From: a virus
Lineage: Duplodnaviria > Caudoviricetes
Length of the DNA stretch: 26,880 nucleotides
Reading direction: 5' to 3' (one strand)
Virus record (IMG/VR): IMGVR_UViG_3300005805_000392
Span: 1 to 26,880 of that record
The notes beneath the pieces were generated by a model that had not been told where the DNA came from, searched no databases, and worked only from the letters and a program-made list of their open reading frames with translations. The first letter of the stretch is position 1. Each line of letters opens with the position of its first letter. This document shows, piece after piece, positions 17,928-26,795 of this stretch. The position numbers and the translations under genes were made by a program.

Positions 17928-19982
17928 TTAGATCTGCCCAAGTGTAATTTGAATTGATCCTGGATCGGTTGAGTCTAGAGTCAATATTGCATTACGTTTT
18001 GTAGAAAACACATTAGTGTTAGGAATAGCCTTGAAGACCAAAGTTCCAAATGGATCAGAAATTGTAATTGGAGAAAAATCAATCAACTCAATGTATCCTT
18101 CGTCATAGTATACATTACCGATATTTTGATTGATGATTTTCTTTAGATTATTGCTATCATAATAGAACAATCTCAATGTGCCTTTTTTACCTTCTAGTAA
18201 TGGTTTTAGAGTTGCACCACTTCCATTTCCACCTACTATTCTAGCAATTGCTGATGAGTAATTAGAACCAGCCTTTGTCACTCTAACTGATTTTACCTTA
18301 CCATTTACAATCAATGCCTCTGCCTCAGCTCCTCTACCATCACCTTCTATGACAACTTGTGGAATTTGTGTGTAACCGATTCCCGCAGAGACAACTTCAA
18401 TCTCGTCAATGCCCGAGAAGTCTTGTGGTGTTTCTTCAATAAAACAAGTTCTAATGTTATTCAACTCGTCATAATACTGAAATGATGGTTCTGAGAACAC
18501 GCGATCAATCGCTGTTCCGCGCTTGATTGGTACATAAAAATCTAGACGATAACTTCTTGGTAGATTTAGTATCGGTCTAAAACGCTTTTCAATATACAAC
18601 TTGATAGAATTATTTTCTATAGATTGCTCGGAGTTATCTATCGCTCTAGACAACTTGGACATCTTGAATGTGTTGTTGAACGTGTTTAGATTTTGATTTG
18701 CGAAATCTATGATCGCATTGTATATTCTAGTTTGTACCTGCCCAGGAGTTCGATTAGTTTTTCTTTGATCAAAAACTACATCAACAACTAGGTTTAGATA
18801 ATTGTAGTCTGGGGCGACGTATTCTGGTGTTACTGTAAGTATACTGAATGGTTTTATTACATCGTTTTTGATAGATTCTATTTCTGTTTGTGTTACTTCA
18901 TAGTTTCCGCGAGGTTTTACTGAAAAAAATACTTTTCCATAGATAGGTGGTACGTTTTCTTCGCCGCCCCAGACTGTTACTGAATCAAAGTATGGATAGT
19001 CTCGATTGATAAGTGCAATGTAATCGTTTTTAGTTACTGCGCGATTTTGCGCTATGAATGATTTTGGTGCTGTAAATTTTATGTCATCTACTGATTCTTC
19101 CAATTTTCCAGATGAAGATTCTGTCAATAGTTCTATTGTGACCACTGATCCTGGTTTAGGATTATCTGATAATTTGAACTGACGTATACCATTGGCAGGA
19201 GATCCTGAAGTTACAATGTAACTGCAGATAACAATATTGCCGTCTGTCAAACTCTTACCAATTACACCATCTCCGAAGTATATTTGATACAACCCATTAC
19301 GATTTTCTTCAAGGTAGAAAACAGCTGCGTTAGATGATACTTCTGTAGCATCTTCTGCTAGAGTGAAAACTTCTTGTTCAGATAATTGCGCAGACTTTTG
19401 AACTCTAACTTCCAACGTAGAAGTGTCGATACCGCTATCAGGCAATACAAAAGATTGTTTAGAGTTTGTTTGAGCGTTATAGACAAAAGTAAATCCGCTA
19501 GGCTGCCCTTCTTTTATCTTCACATTCTCAAATACAAATTCGTCATCTTGGTTTTTATTGACAATTTTTTGTTCTGAAGTTACGAAAACGTAATTATTAC
19601 TATCTTTTGGTGAACTAGAAAATCGAGTAAATCTTGGAAGAGTCATTACACTATTAGATCCACCAACTACTTCTTGAAATGTTACGTTTATGGTAGCCTG
19701 TGATGCCACTCTTGATCTTGGTGTGTATCCTAACAATTTGGCATGAGAAACTACAGAGGCTCTGCTGACTGCAGTATCAATGAACATTTCGTTTGCAATC
19801 ATGTTCATATAGTATCCCATGTAATGGGTGTTATATGCTAAGAGATCTAGAAGAACTGATAAACCTGAACCCTCAAAGTTATAATCTGAAAACTCGCTCT
19901 GATCTTTCAGGAAGTTTCTTAGATTAGTCTTTATTTGATTGAAGTCAAGTTCGGCAACTTTTAGTTTATCTGAATCTGCCAT
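17928..19982 (-). CDS. gp6: Baseplate wedge subunit gp6
   Basis: ELDFNQIKTNL..FL..Q.EFSDYNFEGSGLSVLLDLLAYNTHY, ANEMFIDTA..R.SVVSHAK.LGYTPRS, IYFGDG, QNRAVTKNDY and VWGGEE..PP.YGKVF. Confidence 0.96.
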   Translation of the reverse strand: MADSDKLKVAELDFNQIKTNLRNFLKDQSEFSDYNFEGSGLSVLLDLLAYNTHYMGYYMNMIANEMFIDTAVSRASVVSHAKLLGYTPRSRVASQATINVTFQEVVGGSNSVMTLPRFTRFSSSPKDSNNYVFVTSEQKIVNKNQDDEFVFENVKIKEGQPSGFTFVYNAQTNSKQSFVLPDSGIDTSTLEVRVQKSAQLSEQEVFTLAEDATEVSSNAAVFYLEENRNGLYQIYFGDGVIGKSLTDGNIVICSYIVTSGSPANGIRQFKLSDNPKPGSVVTIELLTESSSGKLEESVDDIKFTAPKSFIAQNRAVTKNDYIALINRDYPYFDSVTVWGGEENVPPIYGKVFFSVKPRGNYEVTQTEIESIKNDVIKPFSILTVTPEYVAPDYNYLNLVVDVVFDQRKTNRTPGQVQTRIYNAIIDFANQNLNTFNNTFKMSKLSRAIDNSEQSIENNSIKLYIEKRFRPILNLPRSYRLDFYVPIKRGTAIDRVFSEPSFQYYDELNNIRTCFIEETPQDFSGIDEIEVVSAGIGYTQIPQVVIEGDGRGAEAEALIVNGKVKSVRVTKAGSNYSSAIARIVGGNGSGATLKPLLEGKKGTLRLFYYDSNNLKKIINQNIGNVYYDEGYIELIDFSPITISDPFGTLVFKAIPNTNVFSTKRNAILTLDSTDPGSIQITLGQI

Positions 19983-19983
19983 T

Positions 19984-20376
19984 TTACCTTACTCGTTCTA
20001 GAAAAAAGTTTATGTTTACAGGATTAGGATTGTTGGTCATGAAAAACGTAATCGTAACATCATATCTTTGATCTTCGTAATTTGGAATCACATCAACTGA
20101 TTGTAGGGAAACTCTTGGTTCAAAGTTTCTAATCACCAATTCTATATCCTTTCTAATCATCACTGTCGAACCTGCATCTATCGGTTCGAATAACATTCTC
20201 TTCAAATTGCAACCTATATTAGGCTGGTACAATCTCTCATAAAAAGAAGTTGAAAATAGATTTCTCAAGGACTGAGTTATAGAAGGTATATCCACCTTCT
20301 TCAGTATATCTCCAGTTACTGGATGTTTACCGAAATTTAGATCTATGTCCGAAAACTTTCTAACCGATGTTGACAT
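19984..20376 (-). CDS. gp25: Baseplate wedge subunit gp25
   Basis: FSDIDLNF.KHPVTGD, I.QSLRNL..T..YER.YQP.IG, LFEP, I.NFEPRV and FFLERVR. Confidence 0.95.
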   Translation of the reverse strand: MSTSVRKFSDIDLNFGKHPVTGDILKKVDIPSITQSLRNLFSTSFYERLYQPNIGCNLKRMLFEPIDAGSTVMIRKDIELVIRNFEPRVSLQSVDVIPNYEDQRYDVTITFFMTNNPNPVNINFFLERVR

Positions 20377-22568
20377 TATTCTTCTGCTTCTTCAGCCTCT
20401 TCATCGTTTTCAGTGAACTCAACTATAGGTTCTTCTGGTGGATCTTCTATTGAATCAACCTCTGTTTCTAGAGTTGATTTAGTAGAAGTATTTAGTATCA
20501 AATCCAATATCGGTTTGGTTGTTGGTACCAAATAGAATTTTTGAACCTCGTCGACTGTATTCAAAGTTTCAGCGATCTTAGAGTATTTTTTGTAGGCTGC
20601 ATAGTCGGAATCTATAGATGCCTGCAATGCAGCAGTTTTAGACTTTATAGAAGCAGCTGCTGACAGAGCATTCCCCCCACTTTTCACATTTTTCACGGTT
20701 TGTTGTACTTCTTCATACAGTGCATCTACCAAGTCCCTCTTGAACAGACTACCAGCCATCTCAGAAGCATATTCTCCGTCCTCATCATAATACGCATCAA
20801 CCTCATAATGCGTTCTTAGAATCTTGATCAGACTCATTTTTTCGTAAGAGTCGGTATTGGCTGCAATCCTAAGTTTGACACCATGAATGACATAGTTGGT
20901 ATTGGCTAGGGTGCTGGTTACGCTGACCACAACATTCCCGCTTGTAAGTTCAGCTGTAAAGGTCGAGAATGGATCTATGGTATAGTTTGTGAAAACTTCG
21001 CGAAAATATACTTTACGATTGTCATGCAGCACGAACAACTCAGTAGTTTGATGTTCGGTATTCGCACTGAGAGAGGTGCCCAAAGCAGCTGTAGATTGTA
21101 CATAGTATTTTGCGGAACGAAACTTCTTTGCATTGAAACTCATGATCGCGGTTTTTACGTTCACAGGAACGTCATAATAGAACTTGTCCTCAGTTGTATT
21201 ATCAGATACAGACTCAGCATTTTCGCTTGAGTCGTCTAATACCAATCCAGAAAGTCTATCTGTATGATCTTTGAATGCATCCAATTGTGCAACGGCGCCA
21301 CCTAGCCCATCACCACCACCCAACGCATCTTGATACATACCATATGATGTTCCTGTAGCAGATCCACCAACAGCTGTATTCAACCCTTGAAAATTATTAT
21401 CGGTATACTGTAGAAGTAGATTTTTGGTTGCTGTGATTGTATCAGCCAATGGATTGGAGAAAAAGGTAGCCATACCTGCTTGTAGTCCAGCTGAGTTTGT
21501 TGCAGCTGCTTCTACTAAATCGCGCAACTCCTCTGGTATTAGAGGGAGATAATCCTCAGTCTCATCTTCTAATAATACTAATGGAGTTTGTTCATAAGTT
21601 GTTCCAAACTCTTCTGCCAATTGATCTAGCAATTCAAAATTAGGATCTATATCATCCCCAGCTTCGGCAGCTGTTCCAACAGCAGTTGTCCCAGCCAATG
21701 TTATAACGCCAACACCACCCACGTTTGCAACTACGCTTGGTGGAATTTCAAGAGGAGGGATTTCCAAACTAAGAGCGACAACTCCATTACCATTCAATGC
21801 AGAAATTAGATTGTTGAGTTCCTCATCAGAAACATTTTGAATTTCTCGTAGTGTGCTCTTATCACCAGTTTTTGAATATTGATCCAGGTCTGCCAACAGC
21901 GAAGAAGAAATATCACCAGAAGCAAGCAGTTCTTCAGATATTTGTCTATTGATATTTTCGTTGATCAGATCACTATTCACACCAGATCTAGCAGTCAATC
22001 CTAATAGTGAATTCTTACTCTTGACTTTATCTGCAACATCATTCAATATTTGTTTTATATTTCTTTCTGTAGAATTGATTGTTGATGATAATGATGCATC
22101 ACTTACACCACTAGTTCTACCACTGGTTGCACCACTTATTCTATTAGCATTTATATCAGTGTCAAGTCTACCAAATTGATCAGTTTCGCCAGTGAGTATT
22201 ACACCATTAGAAACTTGAACTGATGTTGTTAGAGGATATAGTTTTTTGGCTGTTCTTCTTTCTATGTTGTTATTAGAAGGTTTTTCTTTGGGTATTAGTA
22301 ACTTTTCATACAAAGAAATTGTGATGTTTTTCTTGGCTGCAACGTCAACTAGTTGTTGACAATCAGATCTAATTTCTTGATATAGATCTTCTTCGAATCC
22401 TAATATGTACCCAGCCAACCCATTCATTAGATCTTCAAATAAGTATACATCAGAAACTATCTTATCAGGATTTCTATTTTTGCTGACTAAAGAATTCATC
22501 GTACGAATTGCTTCTTTAGCAATTCTATACTTTTCGTCACTTGTAACTTTATGATTGATTGTGTGCAT
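20376..22568 (-). CDS. Hypothetical acidic, mostly helical baseplate-associated protein carrying an inserted fibre-type beta domain
   Basis: 730-aa ORF between gp5 and gp25, TAATG-coupled to gp25. Contains FFSNPLA and LDAFKDHTDRLSGL, plus an internal RSAKYYVQ..HQTTELFVLHD..STFTAELTSGNVVVSVT module. Confidence 0.75.
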   Translation of the reverse strand: MHTINHKVTSDEKYRIAKEAIRTMNSLVSKNRNPDKIVSDVYLFEDLMNGLAGYILGFEEDLYQEIRSDCQQLVDVAAKKNITISLYEKLLIPKEKPSNNNIERRTAKKLYPLTTSVQVSNGVILTGETDQFGRLDTDINANRISGATSGRTSGVSDASLSSTINSTERNIKQILNDVADKVKSKNSLLGLTARSGVNSDLINENINRQISEELLASGDISSSLLADLDQYSKTGDKSTLREIQNVSDEELNNLISALNGNGVVALSLEIPPLEIPPSVVANVGGVGVITLAGTTAVGTAAEAGDDIDPNFELLDQLAEEFGTTYEQTPLVLLEDETEDYLPLIPEELRDLVEAAATNSAGLQAGMATFFSNPLADTITATKNLLLQYTDNNFQGLNTAVGGSATGTSYGMYQDALGGGDGLGGAVAQLDAFKDHTDRLSGLVLDDSSENAESVSDNTTEDKFYYDVPVNVKTAIMSFNAKKFRSAKYYVQSTAALGTSLSANTEHQTTELFVLHDNRKVYFREVFTNYTIDPFSTFTAELTSGNVVVSVTSTLANTNYVIHGVKLRIAANTDSYEKMSLIKILRTHYEVDAYYDEDGEYASEMAGSLFKRDLVDALYEEVQQTVKNVKSGGNALSAAASIKSKTAALQASIDSDYAAYKKYSKIAETLNTVDEVQKFYLVPTTKPILDLILNTSTKSTLETEVDSIEDPPEEPIVEFTENDEEAEEAEE
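20489..20496 (-). promoter_or_regulatory. Possible internal late promoter (ACTAAATA) upstream of gp25
   Basis: Same 8-mer as the candidate gp4 promoter, about 113 nt upstream of the gp25 ATG. It could be a chance match within coding sequence. Confidence 0.3.
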
Positions 22569-22570
22569 GA

Positions 22571-23638
22571 CTATTTCGGTGTTTGTAGACCGCTATTGGT
22601 TGGTGATCGTGCAGGTGGGCTGGCTGATCGTATCTTACAGATTCTTCTTGGGCACTTGACCTTGTTCTTCACTCTGCCTCTGAAATTTACAGTTGACCCT
22701 TGCAATGTGGCACTTCTTCCCTTTAGATTTAGTTTACCACCGCTACCAATTCTAGCAACTCCACCAGCCTTTACATCAAAAGAGTTACCCGACTGCAGTT
22801 TCATTTTTCCAGCAGCTTTTATTTTCACATCGCCACTTGAGGACATGTTTATTTCTGAAGCCTCAACATTGAACTTTCCAGTAACCTTTATATGGCAATC
22901 TCCTCCTACTGTTAGATTACAATTACCGTCAACATAAACATAATCGCTTCCCATAACAACCGTATATTTGTCTTTCACAACCTTCTCAACTCGATTTCCC
23001 GTATAATCCATTTCAATGAAACTACCATTTTTGTGGGCTAGATTCACACGCTCTTTCCCAGCAGTGTCATCCAACTCAAATGCGTGACCAGACTCGGTGT
23101 GATGTGCATTGTTGAATGGGTACTTTGGATTAAATGTTGGTTGCGGCTCATCCCATATCTTCCCACCCAAGTAAGCACCGACAGACTTGATCGCAGTTTT
23201 CAAATTTCGTTTTCTGGTTTCAACAATCGTTCCATCTGTTCTCGCTCGCGCCAGTCTGTTCGTAGTTTGCTCATTGATGTTCTTTGGGAATACGCCATTC
23301 GGATCAGCGAATCCATATGTGCTATCTGGCTTTATTTTTGGATACCCAGGTAAGACGCCCATCACAACAGGATCTTGAGCCGACGTACCGTCTAAGAAAA
23401 ATCCAAAAACCCAATCTCCTTCTTTCGGAGTGTGGACAGCGTTAGACAAGTTTGTTGGGAAAACAGTGTGAGCCCAAGGTAAAGCATCCGTTGGTATTTC
23501 TTCTTTGAACTCAGAATGCCAACCGAAACAACGAATGCGGACACGTCCTAATTGTTCAGGATCAAAACGATCCTCAACAACACCAACGAACCAAACGAAC
23601 CCTTGCGCTCCGTCAAAATTTTTTCTTGATCCCGACAT
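22571..23638 (-). CDS. gp5: Baseplate hub central spike gp5 (OB-fold plus beta-helix, no lysozyme domain)
   Basis: WFVGVVEDRFDP.QLGRVRIRCFG.H, IPTDALPWA, EGDWVFGFFLDG..AQDPVVMG, YPFN...TESGH.FELDDT...ER....H..GSF.E, followed by V.G beta-helix repeats. Confidence 0.95.
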   Translation of the reverse strand: MSGSRKNFDGAQGFVWFVGVVEDRFDPEQLGRVRIRCFGWHSEFKEEIPTDALPWAHTVFPTNLSNAVHTPKEGDWVFGFFLDGTSAQDPVVMGVLPGYPKIKPDSTYGFADPNGVFPKNINEQTTNRLARARTDGTIVETRKRNLKTAIKSVGAYLGGKIWDEPQPTFNPKYPFNNAHHTESGHAFELDDTAGKERVNLAHKNGSFIEMDYTGNRVEKVVKDKYTVVMGSDYVYVDGNCNLTVGGDCHIKVTGKFNVEASEINMSSSGDVKIKAAGKMKLQSGNSFDVKAGGVARIGSGGKLNLKGRSATLQGSTVNFRGRVKNKVKCPRRICKIRSASPPARSPTNSGLQTPK

Positions 23639-23644
23639 ATTACA

Positions 23645-24907
23645 TCACTCCAATAATCTTCTAAGATCAGCTGCAGCTGGCAACTGAGCGGAATATGAAT
23701 CTGAACATATTTCAACCACAGAGTCAAATTTATCCTCATAAAATTTATGATTCACAGAAGTTATGATGTATTTACCACTTCTAAATTCATCAGTTTTATC
23801 ACCTTCATCAGGACTCACAAACTTAGCAAAGTGATAGTAAACAATATCCCCCGCGTTCATAGATGTATCACCAGGCAAAACTAATCGAAGTTTGGTTAGA
23901 TTCAACGCTGCTATCTGTCTCGCTCTTTTCAATAACCAAATGGGAGTATCTTGCTCTTTGGTTTCTGCGCCAAATGCATAAAAAGAATTCCATGCAAAAA
24001 GTTCTGGATAGTTATCTTTTCTTATTTTTTGATTGCTTACCATATATGGGTTCAGCAATGATTTACTGTTCTCTGCGAATGCATAACTCTCGAATGCTTG
24101 TGTGGAACTTTGATCAAATAAATTGATCTTTACTAATCTAGAAGATAAACCACCATTCATCATGTTGCTCAGAACATCAAAATCATTCAATATTTTCATA
24201 TCAGTCAAAGAATCTTTATTGTTAGCAGGATCAGTGTTTTCTTGTTTCACATCTAATTTGATTTCCTTATAGATAGGTTTTTCGTATAGAGTTTGCAAAG
24301 AAACAAAATTGAATCCTCTAGCATTCTCAAAGAAAAAGAAACTCTGTTTGTTATCTCCTTCATTGAATGCTCTAGAAGCACACCATTGTAGTGCCTCAAA
24401 TCCTCTGTAGTTTGGAATCACTATGTCATATTTCTTATCAGTCTTATCAAACATATGAATGTTTTCTGGAGAAATCAATAATTGATTCTTCAATATGTCA
24501 TCAACTATATCAGAAATCAATGACTCTTTATATGCTTTGCTGATCAGTTTTCCGTATGAAAATATAAGTTCATCTGAACAAAAATGTAGAGTGTATCTCT
24601 GACCGCTATCGCCATCTTTTGCTCTTTCCGTAGACTTATATACTCTAAAAACTTTTTTGATTGGTTCGTTGAGAGTTGGTTTATCAACTTCAACTCTAAG
24701 TAATTCGTTTCCACAAAAACCTAACATTTCAAACAAGTCTACGCCATCTTTGATGGTGATGAGACCACTCATCACGCTTGAAAACATGTCTTGATATAGT
24801 TGCAGTTCTACGAAAATTTTTCTGAGATCAAAAGTAGTTCCGTTTGATCCAACTAAAGTCAAATCAATTAGATCATAGTCTCTTGATGTATATAAACCTT
24901 CACTCAT
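23645..24907 (-). CDS. Baseplate hub protein (gp27-like)
   Basis: ELQLYQDMFS..MSG.I.I.D, GNE.L.V...KP, YTLHFCS.E, FFFFEN..GFNFVSLQ.L, PGD..M.AGDIV and SGKYIITSVNH; located between gp53 and gp5. Confidence 0.75.
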   Translation of the reverse strand: MSEGLYTSRDYDLIDLTLVGSNGTTFDLRKIFVELQLYQDMFSSVMSGLITIKDGVDLFEMLGFCGNELLRVEVDKPTLNEPIKKVFRVYKSTERAKDGDSGQRYTLHFCSDELIFSYGKLISKAYKESLISDIVDDILKNQLLISPENIHMFDKTDKKYDIVIPNYRGFEALQWCASRAFNEGDNKQSFFFFENARGFNFVSLQTLYEKPIYKEIKLDVKQENTDPANNKDSLTDMKILNDFDVLSNMMNGGLSSRLVKINLFDQSSTQAFESYAFAENSKSLLNPYMVSNQKIRKDNYPELFAWNSFYAFGAETKEQDTPIWLLKRARQIAALNLTKLRLVLPGDTSMNAGDIVYYHFAKFVSPDEGDKTDEFRSGKYIITSVNHKFYEDKFDSVVEICSDSYSAQLPAAADLRRLLE

Positions 24908-25587
24908 TACAATCCTTCCATCAGCTTCTTGAACTCATTTTCTACTCTTGGAACATATGTTTTATCTAACAATTTTATATTGCGTTTCTTTTCATTTTCT
25001 TCAAGTTCATAAGTATAGTTTGATATTGCTTTCACTACTGACGATGTATTTACATATCCACCATCTGTAAACACTGGAGAGTTTTCAACAGATGGGGAAG
25101 TTTGAGTGTCTGCTGTTACGGGTAATATTCTTGGAGTCAATTCTCCAGTGCTGTAGTCGACTTCATTTCCATTCACAATGTAAGTGTCAATGTTTTGACT
25201 CACAACCAATCCATTTAGAATGTAACTACGAGTAATCTCCAGTTCATAATGATGAATGGTTGTTTTAGATTGATTGATAGTTTGATTATATTTATTTACA
25301 ATGTATTTTTCTAATGCTATGTTGTTCAGAGGAAATTCATACAATGGATTGTTGATCTTATTGAAGAGCAATACTATCCATGCGCGCTCTACGTCTCGAT
25401 ACAGTTTATCCGCAATGATCTCTGGAGTGTCTCCCTCTTGAATTTGATACTCATAAAACACTGCTAGATTTTCTGATATTTCTTTGAGAAAAACTGATCT
25501 TCTCAAAATATCTGTAACAACGATTGGATTTAGTTTGTCTGGATCTAGAGAATAAAGTGTTTTTGGTATAGATTTGAAATATGCCAT
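24907..25587 (-). CDS. gp53: Baseplate wedge subunit gp53 (LysM-like)
   Basis: YF..IPK..Y, YEYQIQEGDTPEIIADKLY....WIVLLFN.I.NP..E.P, IHHYE and NY.YE..ENEKKRNIKLL. Confidence 0.93.
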   Translation of the reverse strand: MAYFKSIPKTLYSLDPDKLNPIVVTDILRRSVFLKEISENLAVFYEYQIQEGDTPEIIADKLYRDVERAWIVLLFNKINNPLYEFPLNNIALEKYIVNKYNQTINQSKTTIHHYELEITRSYILNGLVVSQNIDTYIVNGNEVDYSTGELTPRILPVTADTQTSPSVENSPVFTDGGYVNTSSVVKAISNYTYELEENEKKRNIKLLDKTYVPRVENEFKKLMEGL

Positions 25588-25589
25588 GA

Positions 25590-26762
25590 CTAGTAGCCTT
25601 GAGTAACGAGATCTTTGTGAATGATTTCTGTTTCTTGGAATTTCAAAACCATTTCAATCTCAATTGGAGTACCATCATAATAAGTTGCAAATTGACCAGC
25701 TGTAACATAGTTTACATCAACTCCAGTACACACGCAAGTGGTTATCTTGAACAGTTTATCATTGAGACTGTTGTTGTAATAGAATGCGATATCAAATTCA
25801 GATGGTGGAATGAAGTATCTAGCACCACCATCACCAGGAACGAGTTCTGGTGCTGAGTGGAACTTGAATGTTCTAATGATGTCAATTATAGTTTGGGATT
25901 CTTTAGCACTTTTTGGCGAAAATTTGAAATCAAACTGAAATGTTCTTATGCTCGGCGAATTGAACAATACTTCTATCTGCGGATTCTTAGCATAGCCATA
26001 ACTTGCTAAGTTTACTCTTTCAATATCTGCACCAAACATTTCTGATTTTGCAGCAGCTGCTCCTGCTATCTCAGCAACTCCTCCCCCGAACGCAGAGGCT
26101 TCAGGTAAATCTGTACCTCTACCAGCACCAGTCATTATATCTTTTACTTCACTCAGAGTTCCAGTGAATGATCCACCTGCAGCTTGACCAGTTTGTGCTG
26201 CTAAACCCGCTGTACCCATTGCTTCTGTCATAGAAACTGCATCATAGGTCAAGGAGTATTGTTGCATGATGTTATTTGGAACGTATAATTTGATGGATTG
26301 TTCAGTTCTTCTTGTTTTTCTAGTCACATCTAAACTAGCCAAAATTCCTGTGGTCAAAGCACCAGTAGCCAATCCAGGCAACGCAGATCCGATCAAACTT
26401 GCAGTAGTTGCTCCGCCAGAAGCCACTTGTTTCAATCCACCACTAATGGCACCGATTGCTGCAACTCCAGCGCCTACTAATCCAGCTGTTCCTAATACAC
26501 TAAATGGATCAGTCGTACTACCTAATTGATTTGTTGCTGCTCGGTTTATATCCACTTGAGATAATTGATCAGATACAGATAAACTACCATTCTTGACGTA
26601 TGAAGATTTTGCAGGCACATTGATATTGAATAGTATGTAGTGTGGATGTTCGAATCCACCCACATCTAACGGATATTGTAGAGAAGGTGCTGCCGAATAG
26701 CGATCCCCATAAAGATCTGATAGCGGACCTGTTGGGAAATCTCCGATAATTCTTGCGCCCAT
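25590..26762 (-). CDS. gp48: Baseplate tail-tube cap gp48
   Basis: LQYPLD..HYILFNI, I.LYVP, NPQIEVLF..P..RTFQFDFKFSPKS.KE...I..II.TFK.HSAP, F.PPSEFDI, CVCT.VDVNY and G.P.EI.M.L.FQETEI. Confidence 0.9.
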   Translation of the reverse strand: MGARIIGDFPTGPLSDLYGDRYSAAPSLQYPLDVGGFEHPHYILFNINVPAKSSYVKNGSLSVSDQLSQVDINRAATNQLGSTTDPFSVLGTAGLVGAGVAAIGAISGGLKQVASGGATTASLIGSALPGLATGALTTGILASLDVTRKTRRTEQSIKLYVPNNIMQQYSLTYDAVSMTEAMGTAGLAAQTGQAAGGSFTGTLSEVKDIMTGAGRGTDLPEASAFGGGVAEIAGAAAAKSEMFGADIERVNLASYGYAKNPQIEVLFNSPSIRTFQFDFKFSPKSAKESQTIIDIIRTFKFHSAPELVPGDGGARYFIPPSEFDIAFYYNNSLNDKLFKITTCVCTGVDVNYVTAGQFATYYDGTPIEIEMVLKFQETEIIHKDLVTQGY

Positions 26763-26781
26763 TTATTCTTCCTAGAATTGA

Positions 26782-26789
26782 ACTAAATA
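26782..26789 (+). promoter_or_regulatory. Putative late promoter (ACTAAATA) for gp4
   Basis: TAAATA core ends 5 nt before the gp4 ATG (26795). Confidence 0.6.
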
Positions 26790-26795
26790 TTTATA
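26788..26795 (-). promoter_or_regulatory. T4-type late (gp55 sigma) promoter TATAAATA driving the baseplate operon
   Basis: The + strand tatttata reads TATAAATA on the minus strand, an exact match to the T4 late consensus. It lies 25 nt upstream of the gp48 ATG with an AGGA RBS in between. Confidence 0.8.

Noticed and set aside
18200-18400. G.GY..P.V.I.G.G.GA.A repeats in gp6 (also in gp7, gp8 and the VrlC C-half) as a novelty
   Set aside because: This is a common decoration of baseplate proteins in cyanophage-like T4 phages.
4230-26529. Numerous 60-123-aa ORFs, mostly + strand, nested in the large genes
   Set aside because: They are antisense or off-frame to well-supported structural genes and show no recognisable motifs, as expected from codon bias.
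17928-26762. Bacterial contractile injection system (T6SS, eCIS or tailocin)
   Set aside because: The gp4 head-completion gene, T4 late promoters and T4-type gp6/7/8/48/53 sequences indicate a T4-like phage.
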